Source of the DNA: an uncultured delta proteobacterium
Lineage (GTDB): Bacteria; Myxococcota; Myxococcia; Myxococcales; Anaeromyxobacteraceae
DNA length: 64,000 nucleotides
Assembly: GCA_963766715.1 (NCBI GenBank)
Contig: CAVYBH010000008.1
Coordinates: 416,001 to 480,000, forward strand
Direction: 5' to 3'
Below, in pieces: positions 12,323-28,545 of the stretch. Each line of letters starts with the position of its first letter. The first letter of the stretch is position 1. Below the pieces are notes generated by a model that had not been told where the DNA came from, searched no databases, and saw nothing but the letters and a program-made list of their open reading frames with translations. Position numbers and translations under genes: made by a program.

Positions 12323-14322
12323 TTGTCCCAGAACCCGAGCAGCGCCCTCGTCAAGAAGGCCGTCGACACCATCCGCTTCCTCGCCGCCGACGCCGTCCAG
12401 AAGGCGAACAGCGGGCATCCCGGCATGCCGATGGGCGCCGCCGACATGGCCTTCGTGCTCTGGACGCGCCACCTCCGCTTCGACCCGTCGCAGCCGCGAT
12501 GGATCGACCGGGATCGTTTCGTGCTCTCGGCCGGCCACGGGTCGATGCTCCTCTACTCGCTGCTCCACCTGTCGGGCTTCGACGTCTCCCTCGAGGACCT
12601 GAAGAACTTCCGGCAGGTCGGCTCGAAGACGCCCGGCCACCCCGAGTTCCGGCACACCCCGGGCGTCGAGGTCACGAGCGGCCCGCTCGGCCAGGGCTTC
12701 GCGAACGGCGTGGGCATGGCGCTCGGCCAGGCCATGCTCTCGGCCCAGCTCGGCCCCGGGAACCCGGTCGAGGATCACTGGGTCTACGCCATCGTCTCCG
12801 ACGGCGACCTCATGGAGGGCGTGAGCGCCGAGGCCGCCAGCCTCGCCGGCCACAACAAGCTGGGGCGGCTCATCTACCTGTACGACGACAACCAGATCAC
12901 CATCGACGGCAGCACCAGCCTGGCCTTCACCGAGGACGTCACCCGGCGCTTCGAGGCCTACGGCTGGCAGGTGCAGTCGGTGGACGGCCGCGACCACGAG
13001 GGCATCTCGAAGGCCATCGACGCCGCCAAGGCCGACCTCTCCCGGCCCAGCCTCATCCGGGTCCACACCGTCATCGGCTACGGCGCCCCGAACAAGCAGG
13101 GGAAGTCGAGCGTCCACGGCGCGCCGCTCGGCGAGGAGGAGCTGAAGGCCGCCAAGGAGTTCCTGGGCTGGCCGCTCGAGCCCCGGTTCCTGGTCCCGGA
13201 CGACGTCCGCGCGCTCTGGAGCGACGTGGTCGCGAGGAAGGTGGCGGAGCACGCGGCCTGGGAGAAGCGCGCCCAGGCCTGGCGGGCCGCCAATCCCGAG
13301 AAGGCGCGCCTGCTCGACGCCCACGTGAACCGCACCGTCCCGGCGGACATCGCCGCAAGGCTCCTCGAGGGCGCCGACGCCTCCGACGCCACGCGGAAGC
13401 TCTCGCAGGCCATGGTCCAGAAGGTCGCCGCGCTGGTGCCCGCCGTGGTGGGCGGCTCGGCCGACCTCGCCGAGTCGAACCTCACCGACATCAAGGGCGC
13501 CGGCGGCGTCGGCCCCGGCCAGTACGCGGGTCGCAACATCCATTTCGGCATCCGCGAGCACGCCATGGGGTCGATCGCCAACGGCCTCGCCTACGACGGC
13601 GCGCACATCCCGTTCGTGGGGACCTTCCTCATCTTCTCCGACTACATGCGACCGCCGGTGCGCCTGGCCGCGCTGGCCGGGCTCCAGGTCGTCTACGTCT
13701 GGACCCACGACTCCATCTTCCTCGGCGAGGACGGCCCCACCCACCAGCCCGTCGAGCAGTTGACCTCGCTGCGGGCCATCCCCAATCTCCACGTGGTGCG
13801 CCCCGCCGACGGCGTCGAGGTGGCGCTCGCCTGGGCCCACGCGCTCACCCGGCGTGAAGGCCCGACCGCGCTGGTGCTCACGCGGCAGAAGATCGCGAAG
13901 ATCGAGCGGCCGGCCGGCTTCGACGCGGCGAAGGCGCATGCGCGGCGGCTACGTCGTGGCCGACCCCGCGGGCGCGAAGGTGACGCTGGTCGCCACGGGC
14001 AGCGAGCTCGCCACGGCCCAGGGCGCGGCCGCGCTGCTCGCGCAGAAGGGAGATCGCGGCCCGGCTCGTGTCGGTGCCGTGCCTGGCCTGCTTCGAGGCC
14101 CAGCCCGAGTCCTGGCGGCGGGAGGTCATCCCCGCCGGCCAGCGGGTCGCGGTGGTCGAGGCCGCGCGCGCAATCGAGTGGTGGAGGATCGCCGGCTCCG
14201 ACGGCCTCGTCATCGGGATCGACGGGTTCGGCGCGAGCGCTCCGGAGAAGGCCCTCGCCGAGAAGTACGGCTTCACGCCCGCCAAGGTGGCGGCACGCGT
14301 GGAGGGCTGGCTGGCGGGCTAG
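12323..14322 (+). CDS. tkt: Transketolase; apparent frameshifts near 13935 and 14055
   Basis: [52 protein letters not shown] and FGASAP motifs; TTG start after GGAGGA. Confidence 0.95.
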
Positions 14323-14348
14323 CGCGTCGTCGTCGCCCGGATGCAGCA

Positions 14349-14380
14349 ACGCCCCGCCTCCTGGAAGGAGGACGGGGCGT
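14349..14380. terminator. GC-rich hairpin between the convergent tkt and LuxR genes
   Basis: Imperfect inverted repeat ACGCCCCGCCTCC...GGAGGACGGGGCGT with no clear U-tract. Confidence 0.5.
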
Positions 14381-14419
14381 CGTGGCCGGCTCGGCTACCG
14401 CCGGTCCGCGTTGCGTCGA

Positions 14420-14758
14420 CTACCGCATCACCGGCTGGGCCTGCACCGGGGCCTGCATCGGGATGGCGACGGTGACCGGACGCGCCTCGAGGCGCTCTCC
14501 CTTCGAGAGCATCTTCAGCGAGAGGGCCAGGAGCTTGGCGAGCAGCTCGGCAGAGCCGGGCACGTCGAGCTTGCGGTAGATGCGCTTGCGGCGGGCGCGG
14601 ATGGTCTCGGGCGAGACGCCGGCAGCCGACGCCGAGTCCTTGCAGGCAAAGCCCTGGGCGATGCGAAGCACCTCGGCGCGCTCGGCCGGGGTCAGGTTGG
14701 TGCCTTCCAGGAATCTCGATGCAAACGGCTGAAGAATTTCGATGTCAATCTGGGCCAT
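14420..14758 (-). CDS. Stand-alone LuxR/GerE-type helix-turn-helix protein
   Basis: [45 protein letters not shown]. Confidence 0.8.
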   Translation of the reverse strand: MAQIDIEILQPFASRFLEGTNLTPAERAEVLRIAQGFACKDSASAAGVSPETIRARRKRIYRKLDVPGSAELLAKLLALSLKMLSKGERLEARPVTVAIPMQAPVQAQPVMR

Positions 14759-15050
14759 GGGTCGTCCATTTCCTTTCGAGAACTGGCTCCGTACCCGGCC
14801 GATCGCGGATTTTTTACTGCTCCCCCCCGCAAACCCGGTCGGGCTTCAGGTCCATAGAGTAGCAACGCCCCGTTCGGTCCGCACCCCCCAGGGACGTTTT
14901 TCTATGAACCGTCAACTGGGTACACGAACAAGATTCAATACATCCACGATTCGTCGGGTTTCGCAGACGTCACCCACCCCAAGGGGTTGTAACAACAAAT
15001 GAATCGACCCTCCGTTCGGGACGCCCCGATCTGGCGTGAGGGGTCCCCGG

Positions 15051-16000
15051 TCAGGGAGCCGGCCAGCGTCCCAGATGGGTCGTCAGGCGTCGATCCACCT
15101 CTGCGAGCGAGTCCCAGTCGAGTGCCGGTGAACGGATATCGCGTGCGGATTTGACGCTTGGCGGCAAGGGGACGTCGGCCCGCAGCGGCATGAGCCCGGG
15201 TGCGCGAGCGACGAGCAGCTGCTCCGCGTCCGCTCCGGAGAGCCAGTCGGCCAGCGCAGCGCCGCCGGATTCGCGACCCCCTGCGTCAGGATGGCCGCGG
15301 CGGTCGGGAAGACGAGCGTCCCGAAGCCGGCGCGGTCCGGGTAGACGATCTCCAGGGCCGCCGAGCTCAACGCGCCCGCGACGCCGTCTTCCGAGCCGGC
15401 GAGGCCGAAGGCCGCCTTGCCGGAGGCCACGAGGGACCGCACGCTGGCTCCGTCCGGGGCGAGCTGCGGACGCTGCGCGCCGATCGCGGCCGCGAGGCGC
15501 AGCGCGGCCTCCTCGCTGGAGAGCACGGCCAGCGCCGCGATGGTGGCCGGGCCCTCTCCGCGCCCGAGCGGCACCATCGCCTGGAGCCCCGCCACGCGAG
15601 GGTCGGCGAGGTCGCGCAGGTGCGCGGGCGCGAGCGGCAGCGCGCTCCGGGGATTCACCAGGAGCACGCAGGCATGGGCGCCCACGGGGAAGAACCGGCC
15701 GCGCGGATCCTTCCACCGGCGATCCACCCCGCGCACGTCGGGGGCGGATCCGGGGACGAGCAGCGGCGCGTTCCGGAGGGCCTGCACGGGGTCGGCGAAC
15801 CAGGCCAGGTCGGCGCCGGCGGGGTCGGGCACGAGCACCACGCGCGCCACCCGGCGATTCACCGCGAGTGTCACGAGGGCCTGGGCCGCGAGCGGGGAGA
15901 CGGAGGCGTGGACCTTCACCTCCGGGAGCGGCGCGTCGGCGGAGCAGCCCGCCGCGAGGGCCGTGACGACCGCGGCGAGGGCGAGCGGCGAGGCGTCGCA

Positions 16001-16001
<1 letters not shown>
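15051..16001 (-). CDS. ABC-type substrate-binding lipoprotein (iron/thiamine-binding-like); frameshifted
   Basis: Lipobox-like [42 protein letters not shown]...[12 protein letters not shown] and PLRADVPLP motifs. Confidence 0.6.
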
Positions 16002-21182
<5,181 letters not shown>

Positions 21183-21243
21183 TGATGCTCCGCGTCGCCG
21201 CACGCTGCGCGGGCGCGGCGGCACCTACCCACCGGGGGATTCG

Positions 21244-21450
21244 TCACAGCAGCCCGAGCCCCGCCGCGGCGACGAGCCACAGCGGCCCGCCGACCAGCAG
21301 CACCAGCACCCAGAGGATCCCGTAGAGCCGTCGCCGCCCCGGCGGCGAGGCGGCGCGCCCGGCCAGCGCGAAGAAGGTCGCGGCGATCACGCCGACCGCG
21401 AGGAAGCCGGCGAAGAGCAACGCAGGGTTCGGACCGAGGGGCCCGCTCAC
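21244..21450 (-). CDS. Small two-TM membrane protein
   Basis: 68-aa hydrophobic ORF whose GTG start overlaps the frr stop (GTGA). Confidence 0.6.
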   Translation of the reverse strand: MSGPLGPNPALLFAGFLAVGVIAATFFALAGRAASPPGRRRLYGILWVLVLLVGGPLWLVAAAGLGLL

Positions 21451-22010
21451 ACCTGCATCACGTCCTTTTCCTTGGCGGCCACGATCTCGTCGATCTTCTT
21501 CACGCCGTCGTCGGTGGCCTTCTGCACCTTCTCGAGCGCCTTCTTGGCCTCGTCCTGCGAGACGTCGCCGTCCTTCTCGGAGGCCTCGACGAGCTCCTTG
21601 GCGTCGCGCCGCTCGCCCCGGATGGCGATCTTGAACTCCTCGCCCTTGTGCTTCACCTGCTTCACAATCTCCCGGCGCCGCTCCTCGGTGAGGGGCGGGA
21701 TGGGGATGCGGACGAGGTCCTTGTCCCCCTGGGGATTGAGCCCCAGGTTGGCGTCGCGGATGGCCTTCTCGATGGCCGGGATGAGGTTCTTCTCCCACGG
21801 CTTCACCGTGAGCAGCCGGGCGTCGGCGACCGCCAGCGTCCCGATCTGGGCGAGCGGGGTCATCTGGCCGTAGTAGTCGACCCGCACGCTGTCGAGCAGG
21901 TGCAGGTTGGCGCGGCCGGTGCGGATGGACTGCAGGTCGCCCTTGAACGAATCGAGGGTCCGGGCGATGCGCTCGGAGAGGTCCTTCAGGATGTCGTCGG
22001 CTGCGCTCAT
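21447..22010 (-). CDS. frr: Ribosome recycling factor
   Basis: IRTGRAN, VDYYG, IPPLTEERRRE and KEKDVMQV motifs. Confidence 0.97.
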   Translation of the reverse strand: MSAADDILKDLSERIARTLDSFKGDLQSIRTGRANLHLLDSVRVDYYGQMTPLAQIGTLAVADARLLTVKPWEKNLIPAIEKAIRDANLGLNPQGDKDLVRIPIPPLTEERRREIVKQVKHKGEEFKIAIRGERRDAKELVEASEKDGDVSQDEAKKALEKVQKATDDGVKKIDEIVAAKEKDVMQV

Positions 22011-22041
22011 GTTCCCTCCTCGCGGGTGGGTGGGCGCGGGC

Positions 22042-22806
22042 CTAGGCCGCGCGGGTCGAGACCTTGCCGACGGTGGTCCCGATCTCCTCGCCGAGCGCGA
22101 CGCGCTTGATGTTGCCGCGGACGGTGAGGTCGAAGACCACGATGGGCAGGTCGTTGTCCATGCAGAGGCTGATGGCGGTGGAGTCCATCACCTTGAGGTT
22201 CTTCTTGAGGACGTCGAGGTAGGAGAGCTGCTTGAACTTCACCGCGGCCGGGTTCTTCTTCGGGTCGTCGTTGTAGACGCCGTCGACCTTGGTGGCCTTG
22301 AGGAGCACGTCGGCGTGGACCTCCATGGCCCGCAGGCTGGCCGCCGTGTCGGTGGTGAAGTACGGGTTCCCGGTCCCGGCCGCGAAGATGACCACGCGCC
22401 CCTTCTCCAGGTGGCGGATGGCGCGGCGGCGGATGTAGGGCTCGGCGATCTGGTGCATCTCGATGGCCGACTGGACCCGCGTCTGCACGCCCAGCTTCTC
22501 GAAGGCGTCCTGGAGCGCCATGCCGTTGATGACGGTGGCCAGCATGCCCATGTAGTCGGCGCTGGAGCGGTCCATGCCCTCGGTGGCCCCGGACACGCCG
22601 CGGAAGATGTTCCCGCCGCCGATGGTGAGCGCCACCTGGACGCCCAGGTCGACGATCTCCTTCACGTCCTGCGCGATGGCGACGAGGGTCTTCGGCGAGA
22701 TGCCGTACTTGCCGTCGCCCATGAGCGCCTCCCCCGAGAGCTTCACGAGGACGCGCTTGTATCGGGACTTCGGCTTCTCGGTGCTGCTCGGGGTCGGTGT
22801 CTTCAT
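22042..22806 (-). CDS. pyrH: UMP kinase
   Basis: [25 protein letters not shown] and KATKVDGVY motifs. Confidence 0.97.
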   Translation of the reverse strand: MKTPTPSSTEKPKSRYKRVLVKLSGEALMGDGKYGISPKTLVAIAQDVKEIVDLGVQVALTIGGGNIFRGVSGATEGMDRSSADYMGMLATVINGMALQDAFEKLGVQTRVQSAIEMHQIAEPYIRRRAIRHLEKGRVVIFAAGTGNPYFTTDTAASLRAMEVHADVLLKATKVDGVYNDDPKKNPAAVKFKQLSYLDVLKKNLKVMDSTAISLCMDNDLPIVVFDLTVRGNIKRVALGEEIGTTVGKVSTRAA

Positions 22807-22853
22807 GGGGTCGGCCGCCTGGGCTGGCGCATTGTACTCGAAATGGTCAGGGA

Positions 22854-24857
22854 CTACGGGGCCCCGGGCGAGGCCGGCGGGGTGGGTGGCGTCTCACCGT
22901 CGGCGCCCTGTCCGCGGCGGCGGCGGCGGCGTCCGCCCCGGCGGCGGCGGCGGCGGCGGGCCTCTCCCTCCGGGGTATCTTCCGCGGCGGCAGGCTCGGA
23001 GCCGGCGGCCTCGACCGTGCCTTCCGGGGCCTCCGCCGTCGGCAGCGGGCGGCGGCGGGGCGCGGCGCGGCGTGCCGGGCGCGGGGGCCCGGGACGGGGG
23101 AATCGGTCGCCGGTGCGGCCTCGTCGAGGAGCGAGGGATCGATCTCCTCCCCGCCTCCTCCGTGCCCTCCGCGCGACTCCGCTTCCCACCTCGCCAGCGC
23201 TTCCCCGCCCTGGCCGGTGGCCCGGACGGTCATCCGCAGCAGGAGGAGGGCGTCGTCGAAGTACGCCTGGGCGGAGAGCCCGCCGCGACGGCGGCGGCGC
23301 GGCGGCCCGTGGAAGAGCCGCTGGGCCCGCAGCGCCATGCGCGCCCGGTCGGCCATCTTGCGCGGCAACCGGGCGGTCTGGACGAGCTCCGCCAGCAGGG
23401 CGTCGGCGCCTTCCTCTCCTTCGGGGCCCCCGTGGAGGTGGACGAGCAGCGCGCCGAGCAGCACGGCGTCGGAGGCTTCCTCCCCGGCTCGCACGAGCCC
23501 GTCGAGGGCGGCGAGATGGGTGGCGAACCGGGTGCGGGCCTCGGCCCCCCCGCCGTCGAGCGCCTTGGAGAGGGACGGGAGGACGACCGGCAGCATCCCC
23601 GAGGAGCGGAGCAGCTCGAAGGCGCGCTGTGCGCCGGTGCAGCGGAGGATTCTGAAGATCTCCTCGAGCACGCGGGGCGGGGCGCACCGGGCCAGCTCGC
23701 CCGAGTGCCGCCGCATGGCCTCGAAGACCTCGGGCTCGATGGTGAAGCCGAGCCGGGCCGCGAAGCGCACCGCGCGCAGCGCCCGGACGGGGTCCTCGCG
23801 CATGCGGATCTCGGGGTCGCCGATGGTGGAGATCCGGTGGGCCTCGAGGTCGGCGCGCCCGCCGACGTAGTCGATGACCTCGCCCAGGAACGGGTCGTAG
23901 AAGAGGCCGTTCACCGTGAAGTCGCGGCGGCGCGCGTCCTCCTCGGCGGTCCCGAAGACGTTGTCCCGGGTGATGAGGAGGTCGGCGTCGGTGGGCACGT
24001 CGTCGCCCACGTCCACCGGGTTCTGCCGGAAGGTGGCGACCTCGATGATCTTGCCGTCGCGGAAGAAGACGTGGGCCAGCCGGAAGCGCCGGCCGATGAG
24101 GCGGCAGTTGCGGAAGATGGCCCGGACCTCGCCCGGGTGGGCGTCGGTGGCGAGGTCGAAGTCCTTGGGCGTCCGGCCCAGCATGAGGTCGCGGACGCAG
24201 CCGCCCACGAAGTAGGCCTGGTGCCCCATGTGACGGAGCCGCGAGATCACCCGGACCGCGTCCCGGTCCAGCCGGTCGAGCGGGATCTCCGGCTCGCGAT
24301 CGGGGCGCGGCATCTCCGGGTCGAGAGCCAGGCCGCGCGGCGCACCGTGGCGCCGGTCGGGCTCGTGCGCGGCGCGCCGGCGCTCGCCGTCGTGGGACGG
24401 GCGGCGTCCGTCGGGATCGCGTTCCTGCCGGCTCCTCTCGGGCGCGCTGCTTCCTCGGCGCCCCTCGGACTCGTGGGCCGGGCGGCGAGCCTCGGACTCG
24501 CTGGACCCTCGGCGTCCCTCGGACTCGTGCCCGCTGCTTCCCCGGCGTCCCTCCGGACTCGTGGGCCGGGCGGCGGGCCTCGTGCTCGCGTGCGGGCCGT
24601 CCGCCGCCGACGTCGATGGTGCGGATGGCGTCGCGCGGCTCGTGGCGGGGCGGGCGGCTCTCGCCCGGGATTCCCTCGGGCGAACCGGCGACCTCGCCGG
24701 GCTTGCGGCCGCGACCGCGACGCGACCGGCGCCGACGGCGGCCTGGCGTGCCTTCCCCGCCGGCGCCGCCCGTTGGCGTCGCCTCGCTGGGGCTCGAAGT
24801 CTCTTGGGGGTCCCGCGCCTCGTGCGGGTGGGGGTCTCTTCTCTGGTTTTCTTCCAT
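22854..24857 (-). CDS. pcnB: Poly(A) polymerase I with long Arg-rich disordered N- and C-terminal extensions; apparent frameshifts in the extensions
   Basis: [18 protein letters not shown] signature [28 protein letters not shown] and [12 protein letters not shown]; start codon uncertain. Confidence 0.9.
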   Translation of the reverse strand: MEENQRRDPHPHEARDPQETSSPSEATPTGGAGGEGTPGRRRRRSRRGRGRKPGEVAGSPEGIPGESRPPRHEPRDAIRTIDVGGGRPAREHEARRPAHESGGTPGKQRARVRGTPRVQRVRGSPPGPRVRGAPRKQRAREEPAGTRSRRTPPVPRRRAPARRARARPAPRCAARPGSRPGDAAPRSRAGDPARPAGPGRGPGDLAAPSHGAPGLLRGRLRPRPHAGPDAQGLRPRHRRPPGRGPGHLPQLPPHRPALPAGPRLLPRRQDHRGRHLPAEPGGRGRRRAHRRRPPHHPGQRLRDRRGGRAPPRLHGERPLLRPVPGRGHRLRRRARRPRGPPDLHHRRPRDPHARGPRPGAARGALRGPARLHHRARGLRGHAAALGRAGPVRPAPRARGDLQNPPLHRRTARLRAAPLLGDAAGRPPVPLQGARRRGGRGPHPVRHPSRRPRRARASRGGSLRRRAARRAARPPPRGPRRRGRRRRPAGGARPDRPVAAQDGRPGAHGAAGPAALPRAAAPPPSRRALRPGVLRRRPPPAADDRPGHRPGRGSAGEVGSGVARRARRRRGGDRSLAPRRGRTGDRFPRPGPPRPARRAAPRRRPLPTAEAPEGTVEAAGSEPAAAEDTPEGEARRRRRRRGGRRRRRRGQGADGETPPTPPASPGAP
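24446..24581. repeat. Intragenic degenerate direct repeats in the pcnB N-terminal extension
   Basis: CGGACTCG recurs four times; a unit of about 48 nt at 24446 recurs at 24533; encodes (RRPA)[14 protein letters not shown] repeats. Confidence 0.7.
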
Positions 24858-24976
24858 GCGTTCGCCGGGATCGGGGGGCGCCTCGCCCGGGGCTCATCCG
24901 CCGGGCCCGCGAGACGCACCTTCACCGTCGGGCATTTCCTTTGTGATGGGTACTTAAGCCATGGATACGCGTCGCG

Positions 24977-25804
24977 TCAATCTCCTCGGAACATCTCGAC
25001 CTGCTCGGCCTCGAGCCCCAGGACGTCCCGGACGGGTCCGAATGACCGGCGGTGAATGGGGCAGGCCCCCCGCTCCCGCAGCGCCGCGACGTGGTCCGGC
25101 GTCGGATATCCCTTGTGGCGTGCGAAACCGTATCCCGGGTGCTCGTCGTCCATCCGCGCCATGAGGGCGTCCCGGGTGGTCTTGGCGAGGATGCTGGCCG
25201 CGGCGATGGTCAGGGAAAGCGCGTCCCCGTGGACGATGCCGTCCTGGGGGATGTCGAGGTCGCGGATGCGCCGGGCGTCGATGAGCAGGTGCTCGGGGCG
25301 GGGCGTGAGCCCCAGCACGGCGCGGCGCAGCGAGAGGATTCCGGCCCAGTAGATGTTCAGCCGATCAATCTCCCCCACCTCGGCCTGCCCCACCGCCCAG
25401 GCCACGGCGTTCTTCTTGATGTCGGCGGCCAGCCGCTCCCGCTCGGCGGCGTCGAGCTGCTTGGAGTCGTCGACCCCGCGAGGCCGGTAGTCGCGCGGGA
25501 GGATGCAGGCGGCCGCGACCACGGGACCGGCGAGCGGGGCCATCCCCGCCTCGTCCACCCCGGCCACCAGCGTCACGCCGCGCGCCCAGAGCCGCGTCTC
25601 GTACCGGAGGAGGTTTCGCAGCCGCTGCCCCTCGGCCCGGTTCGACTTCCGGCGGCGGCGCACGCTCGCCAGGACGGCGCGCGCGCCGGCGCGCGGGTCG
25701 GCCTCGAGGAGGGACTCCAGGCCGGCCGGGAGCGGCCGCCCCTCCTCGACGTACCGCTGCCGGAGGTCGGAGATGGAGAGCAGGGAGAGGTCCTCGGGGG
25801 GCAT
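24977..25804 (-). CDS. rnhB: Ribonuclease HII
   Basis: [39 protein letters not shown] and HRRSF motifs. Confidence 0.95.
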   Translation of the reverse strand: MPPEDLSLLSISDLRQRYVEEGRPLPAGLESLLEADPRAGARAVLASVRRRRKSNRAEGQRLRNLLRYETRLWARGVTLVAGVDEAGMAPLAGPVVAAACILPRDYRPRGVDDSKQLDAAERERLAADIKKNAVAWAVGQAEVGEIDRLNIYWAGILSLRRAVLGLTPRPEHLLIDARRIRDLDIPQDGIVHGDALSLTIAAASILAKTTRDALMARMDDEHPGYGFARHKGYPTPDHVAALRERGACPIHRRSFGPVRDVLGLEAEQVEMFRGD

Positions 25805-25839
25805 CGCGGCCGGATGGTAGCCGACCCGGCCGCGGCCCG

Positions 25840-26694
25840 TCACGCCCGGCCGGAGGGACGCGGGCCCTGGCAGCGCGGGCAGAAGAACGTGGAGCGCTGG
25901 GCCTGGACGATGCGCCGGATCTCCTCGGCGCGGCAGGCCGGGCAGCGCTCGCCATCCCGCGCGTAGACGCGGAACGGGTTCTCCGCGCCGGGCTCCTCGA
26001 CGTAGGCGATCTCGGGCCCCTCCTGCGTCTCGATGCCGCGCCGGAGCGACGCGGCGATGGCCCGGGCCAGGCGTCCGACCTCGGCGGCCGAGAGGGAGCC
26101 CCCCCGCCGGCGAGGGTCGATCCGCGCCGCGAAGAGCGACTCGCTCGCGTGGATGTTCCCGACCCCGGCGAGGACCGCCTGATCGAGGAGCGCCACCTTC
26201 ACCGCGCGCCGGGTGGCGCGGAGCCGCTCCCCGAGGCGTGCGGGGTCGATGCCGTCGTGGAGCGGATCGGGCCCCAGCGCACCGATGTCGGGCACGCCCG
26301 CGAAGTCGGCGCCCGGGATGGTCCGCAGCCGCCCGAAGAGGCGCGGGTCGAGGTAGTGGAGCGCGTTCCCGTCGTCGAGGTCGAGCCGGACGCGGGAGTG
26401 GGGAGGCGCAGGGTCGTCCGCGCCGCGCCGCACCCACTTGCCGGTCATGCCCAGGTGGCTCCACAGCCCGAGCGCGCGGCCGCGCCGGTCCTCGAGCGTG
26501 ACGAGCAGGTGCTTGCCGCGGCGGTCGACGGCGACGAAGCGGGCCCCGGCGACGGCCCGCGCGAAGGCGGAGCGGTCGGCGGGCCGGAAGATGCGAGCGG
26601 CCCGGGGATCGGTCCGCGCCCGCTCGATCCGCCGTTCCCCGGCCCAGGCCCGGAGGTTCCGGGCGGCGATCTCGACCTCGGGAAGCTCGGGCAC
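25840..26694 (-). CDS. mutM: Formamidopyrimidine-DNA glycosylase
   Basis: N-terminal PELPEVE, RRGK, HLGMTG, DPRLFG, AGVGNI and the Zn finger CPAC...FCPRCQ. Confidence 0.95.
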   Translation of the reverse strand: MPELPEVEIAARNLRAWAGERRIERARTDPRAARIFRPADRSAFARAVAGARFVAVDRRGKHLLVTLEDRRGRALGLWSHLGMTGKWVRRGADDPAPPHSRVRLDLDDGNALHYLDPRLFGRLRTIPGADFAGVPDIGALGPDPLHDGIDPARLGERLRATRRAVKVALLDQAVLAGVGNIHASESLFAARIDPRRRGGSLSAAEVGRLARAIAASLRRGIETQEGPEIAYVEEPGAENPFRVYARDGERCPACRAEEIRRIVQAQRSTFFCPRCQGPRPSGRA

Positions 26695-26697
26695 GCG

Positions 26698-28034
26698 TCA
26701 GCCCTCGCGGACGAAGGTGGCCACGAAGAACCCGTCGGTCCCGTGCCGGTGGGGCCAGAGCCGGAGCTCGTGTCCCACCGCACCGGCCGCGCGCGCGATC
26801 TCGGCGCCGAGGGTCTTCTCGAGCGGCAGGGGTGCGAAGCCCGCAAGCGACCCGGCGACCTCGGCCACCTCCTCGTCCTCGGTCCGGGTCACCGAGCAGG
26901 TCGCGTAGACGAGCCGTCCACCCGGCTTCACCAATCGTGAGAATCGCGTCACCAGCTCCTTCTGCGTGACGGCGAACCGCTCCGGATCCCGGGGGCCGAG
27001 CCGCCAGCGGGCGTCGGGCTTGCGACGGAGCGTCCCCAGGCCGCTGCAGGGCGCGTCCACGAGCACGACGTCGGCCTTCCCTTCCTGGTCGCGGAGCGCC
27101 AGGTCGGCCTCGGCGCCGGCCGGGATCGCCCGGATCCGGAGGTTGTCCACGCCGTCCCGGCTGGCCCTTCGCCGGGCGTCCTCGAGCCGCTCGGCCTCGA
27201 CGTCGAGGGCCAGGATCGTCCCGCGGTTGTGCATCTCCGCCGCGAGCGCCAGGCTCTTGCCGCCGGCTCCGGCGCAGGCGTCCACGACCTTCATGCCCGG
27301 CCGCGCGCCGCAGGCGAGCGCGATGAGCTGGCTCCCCTCGTCCTGGATCTCGAACAGCCCGCCCTTGAAGGCGGCGAGCCCGAAGGCGTTGGCGTGGCCG
27401 TCGAGCGTGAGGCCCCAGGGGGACAGGCGGGTGGGCTCGGACTCCACCCCTTCCTGCGCGAGCTGCTCCCTCAGGGCGTCCCGGGTGGTGCGGATCAGGT
27501 TCGCCCGCACCGTGAGCGGCGCCCGGGTGTTCACCGCCTGGGAGAAGAGCCGCGCCTCGTCGAGCCCCATCTCCGCGACCAGCCGCTCGGCCAGCCACGG
27601 GGGCAGCGAGCCCTCGGCCGACAGGCGCGCCACCGGGTCGGCGATGGCCGCCAGGCGCGCGTCGCCGCCGGCGAGCGGCGCGAGCGTCCCGCGGGGCAGC
27701 CCCATCCGGCGCTCGGCCGCCTCGATCGACAGGCCGCCCGGCCCCACCAGCGACGCCGCGTACAGCTCGCCGACGGCGGCCTTGCGTCCCAGCAGCCATT
27801 CCAGCCGGCCCTGGGCCCGGACCACCCCGTACAGCGCCTCGGCCGCGGCGCGCCGTTCGGCCGAGTAGAGCCGCTTCTGGCGGCGGAGCACCACCTCGAG
27901 GGCCCGGTCGGCGAGCCAGCCCTGCTCGCGCACCAGGCCGAGGACCTCGAGCACTGCCGCGTCCACCAGGTCGTCCCGGAGCGGCCGCCGCGCGAAGGCG
28001 CGGGCCGAGCGCGATCCGGGCTGGCGCTCCCGGC
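26698..28034 (-). CDS. RsmB/NOP family RNA m5C methyltransferase; start codon uncertain
   Basis: [44 protein letters not shown] and TDGFF motifs. Confidence 0.88.
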
Positions 28035-28491
28035 CTACAGGGCCTCCAGGACTTCGGCCACGTGACCGGCGACTTTCACCTTCGGGAAACACCTTCACCA
28101 CCTTGCCGTCGGGGCCGACGATCACGGTGGTGCGCACCGTGCCGAAGACCTTCTTGCCGTACATGTTCTTCTCTCCCCACACGCCCCAGGCCTTCTGCAT
28201 CTCGGCGTCGGGGTCCGACAGCAGCCGGAACGGGAGCTGGAACTTCTCCTCGAACTTCTTCTGGGTCCGGGGCTCGTCCTTCGACACGCCCAGGATCACG
28301 GCCTTCTTCTTCTTGAATGCCTCGACTTCGTCACGGAAGTCGCTCGCCTCCTGGCTTCAACCAGAGGTCATGGCCTTCGGGTAGAAGAAGAGCACGACCG
28401 TCCTTCCCTTGTAGTCCGACAGCTTCACCTTCTCGCCGTCCTGGTCGAGGAGCGCGAAGTCCGGCGCCTTCTTTCCCGTCTCGAGAGCCAT
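28035..28491 (-). CDS. bcp: BCP/PrxQ peroxiredoxin, probable selenoprotein (in-frame TGA at 28357-28359); apparent frameshift near 28087
   Basis: [14 protein letters not shown]...[22 protein letters not shown]...ILGVSKD...LPFRLLSD...[10 protein letters not shown]...[10 protein letters not shown] all lie in one frame across the TGA. Confidence 0.88.
28323..28342 (-). promoter_or_regulatory. Bacterial SECIS-like stem-loop
   Basis: Minus strand CGACUUC-CGUGAC-GAAGUCG: perfect 7-bp stem, 6-nt loop with G at loop position 2, 21 nt between the UGA and the loop. Confidence 0.72.
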
Positions 28492-28545
28492 GTGACCTCC
28501 GGGGGTGGAGATACACTCGGCACCGTGCCAGGCGCAACGCCCCGG

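Noticed and set aside
14825..14870. GCAAACC-containing segment as a c-di-GMP-I riboswitch
   Set aside because: It lacks the GNRA-capped stem and the following GACGCAAAG element, and it lies on the opposite strand from the nearest gene start.
24446..24581. Spaced direct repeats as a mini-CRISPR
   Set aside because: The repeats are degenerate, irregular and in frame within pcnB, and there are no cas genes.
26698..28299. Apparent BCP-RsmB fusion
   Set aside because: Removing one base near 28087 restores the normal BCP end ([18 protein letters not shown] at 28035).
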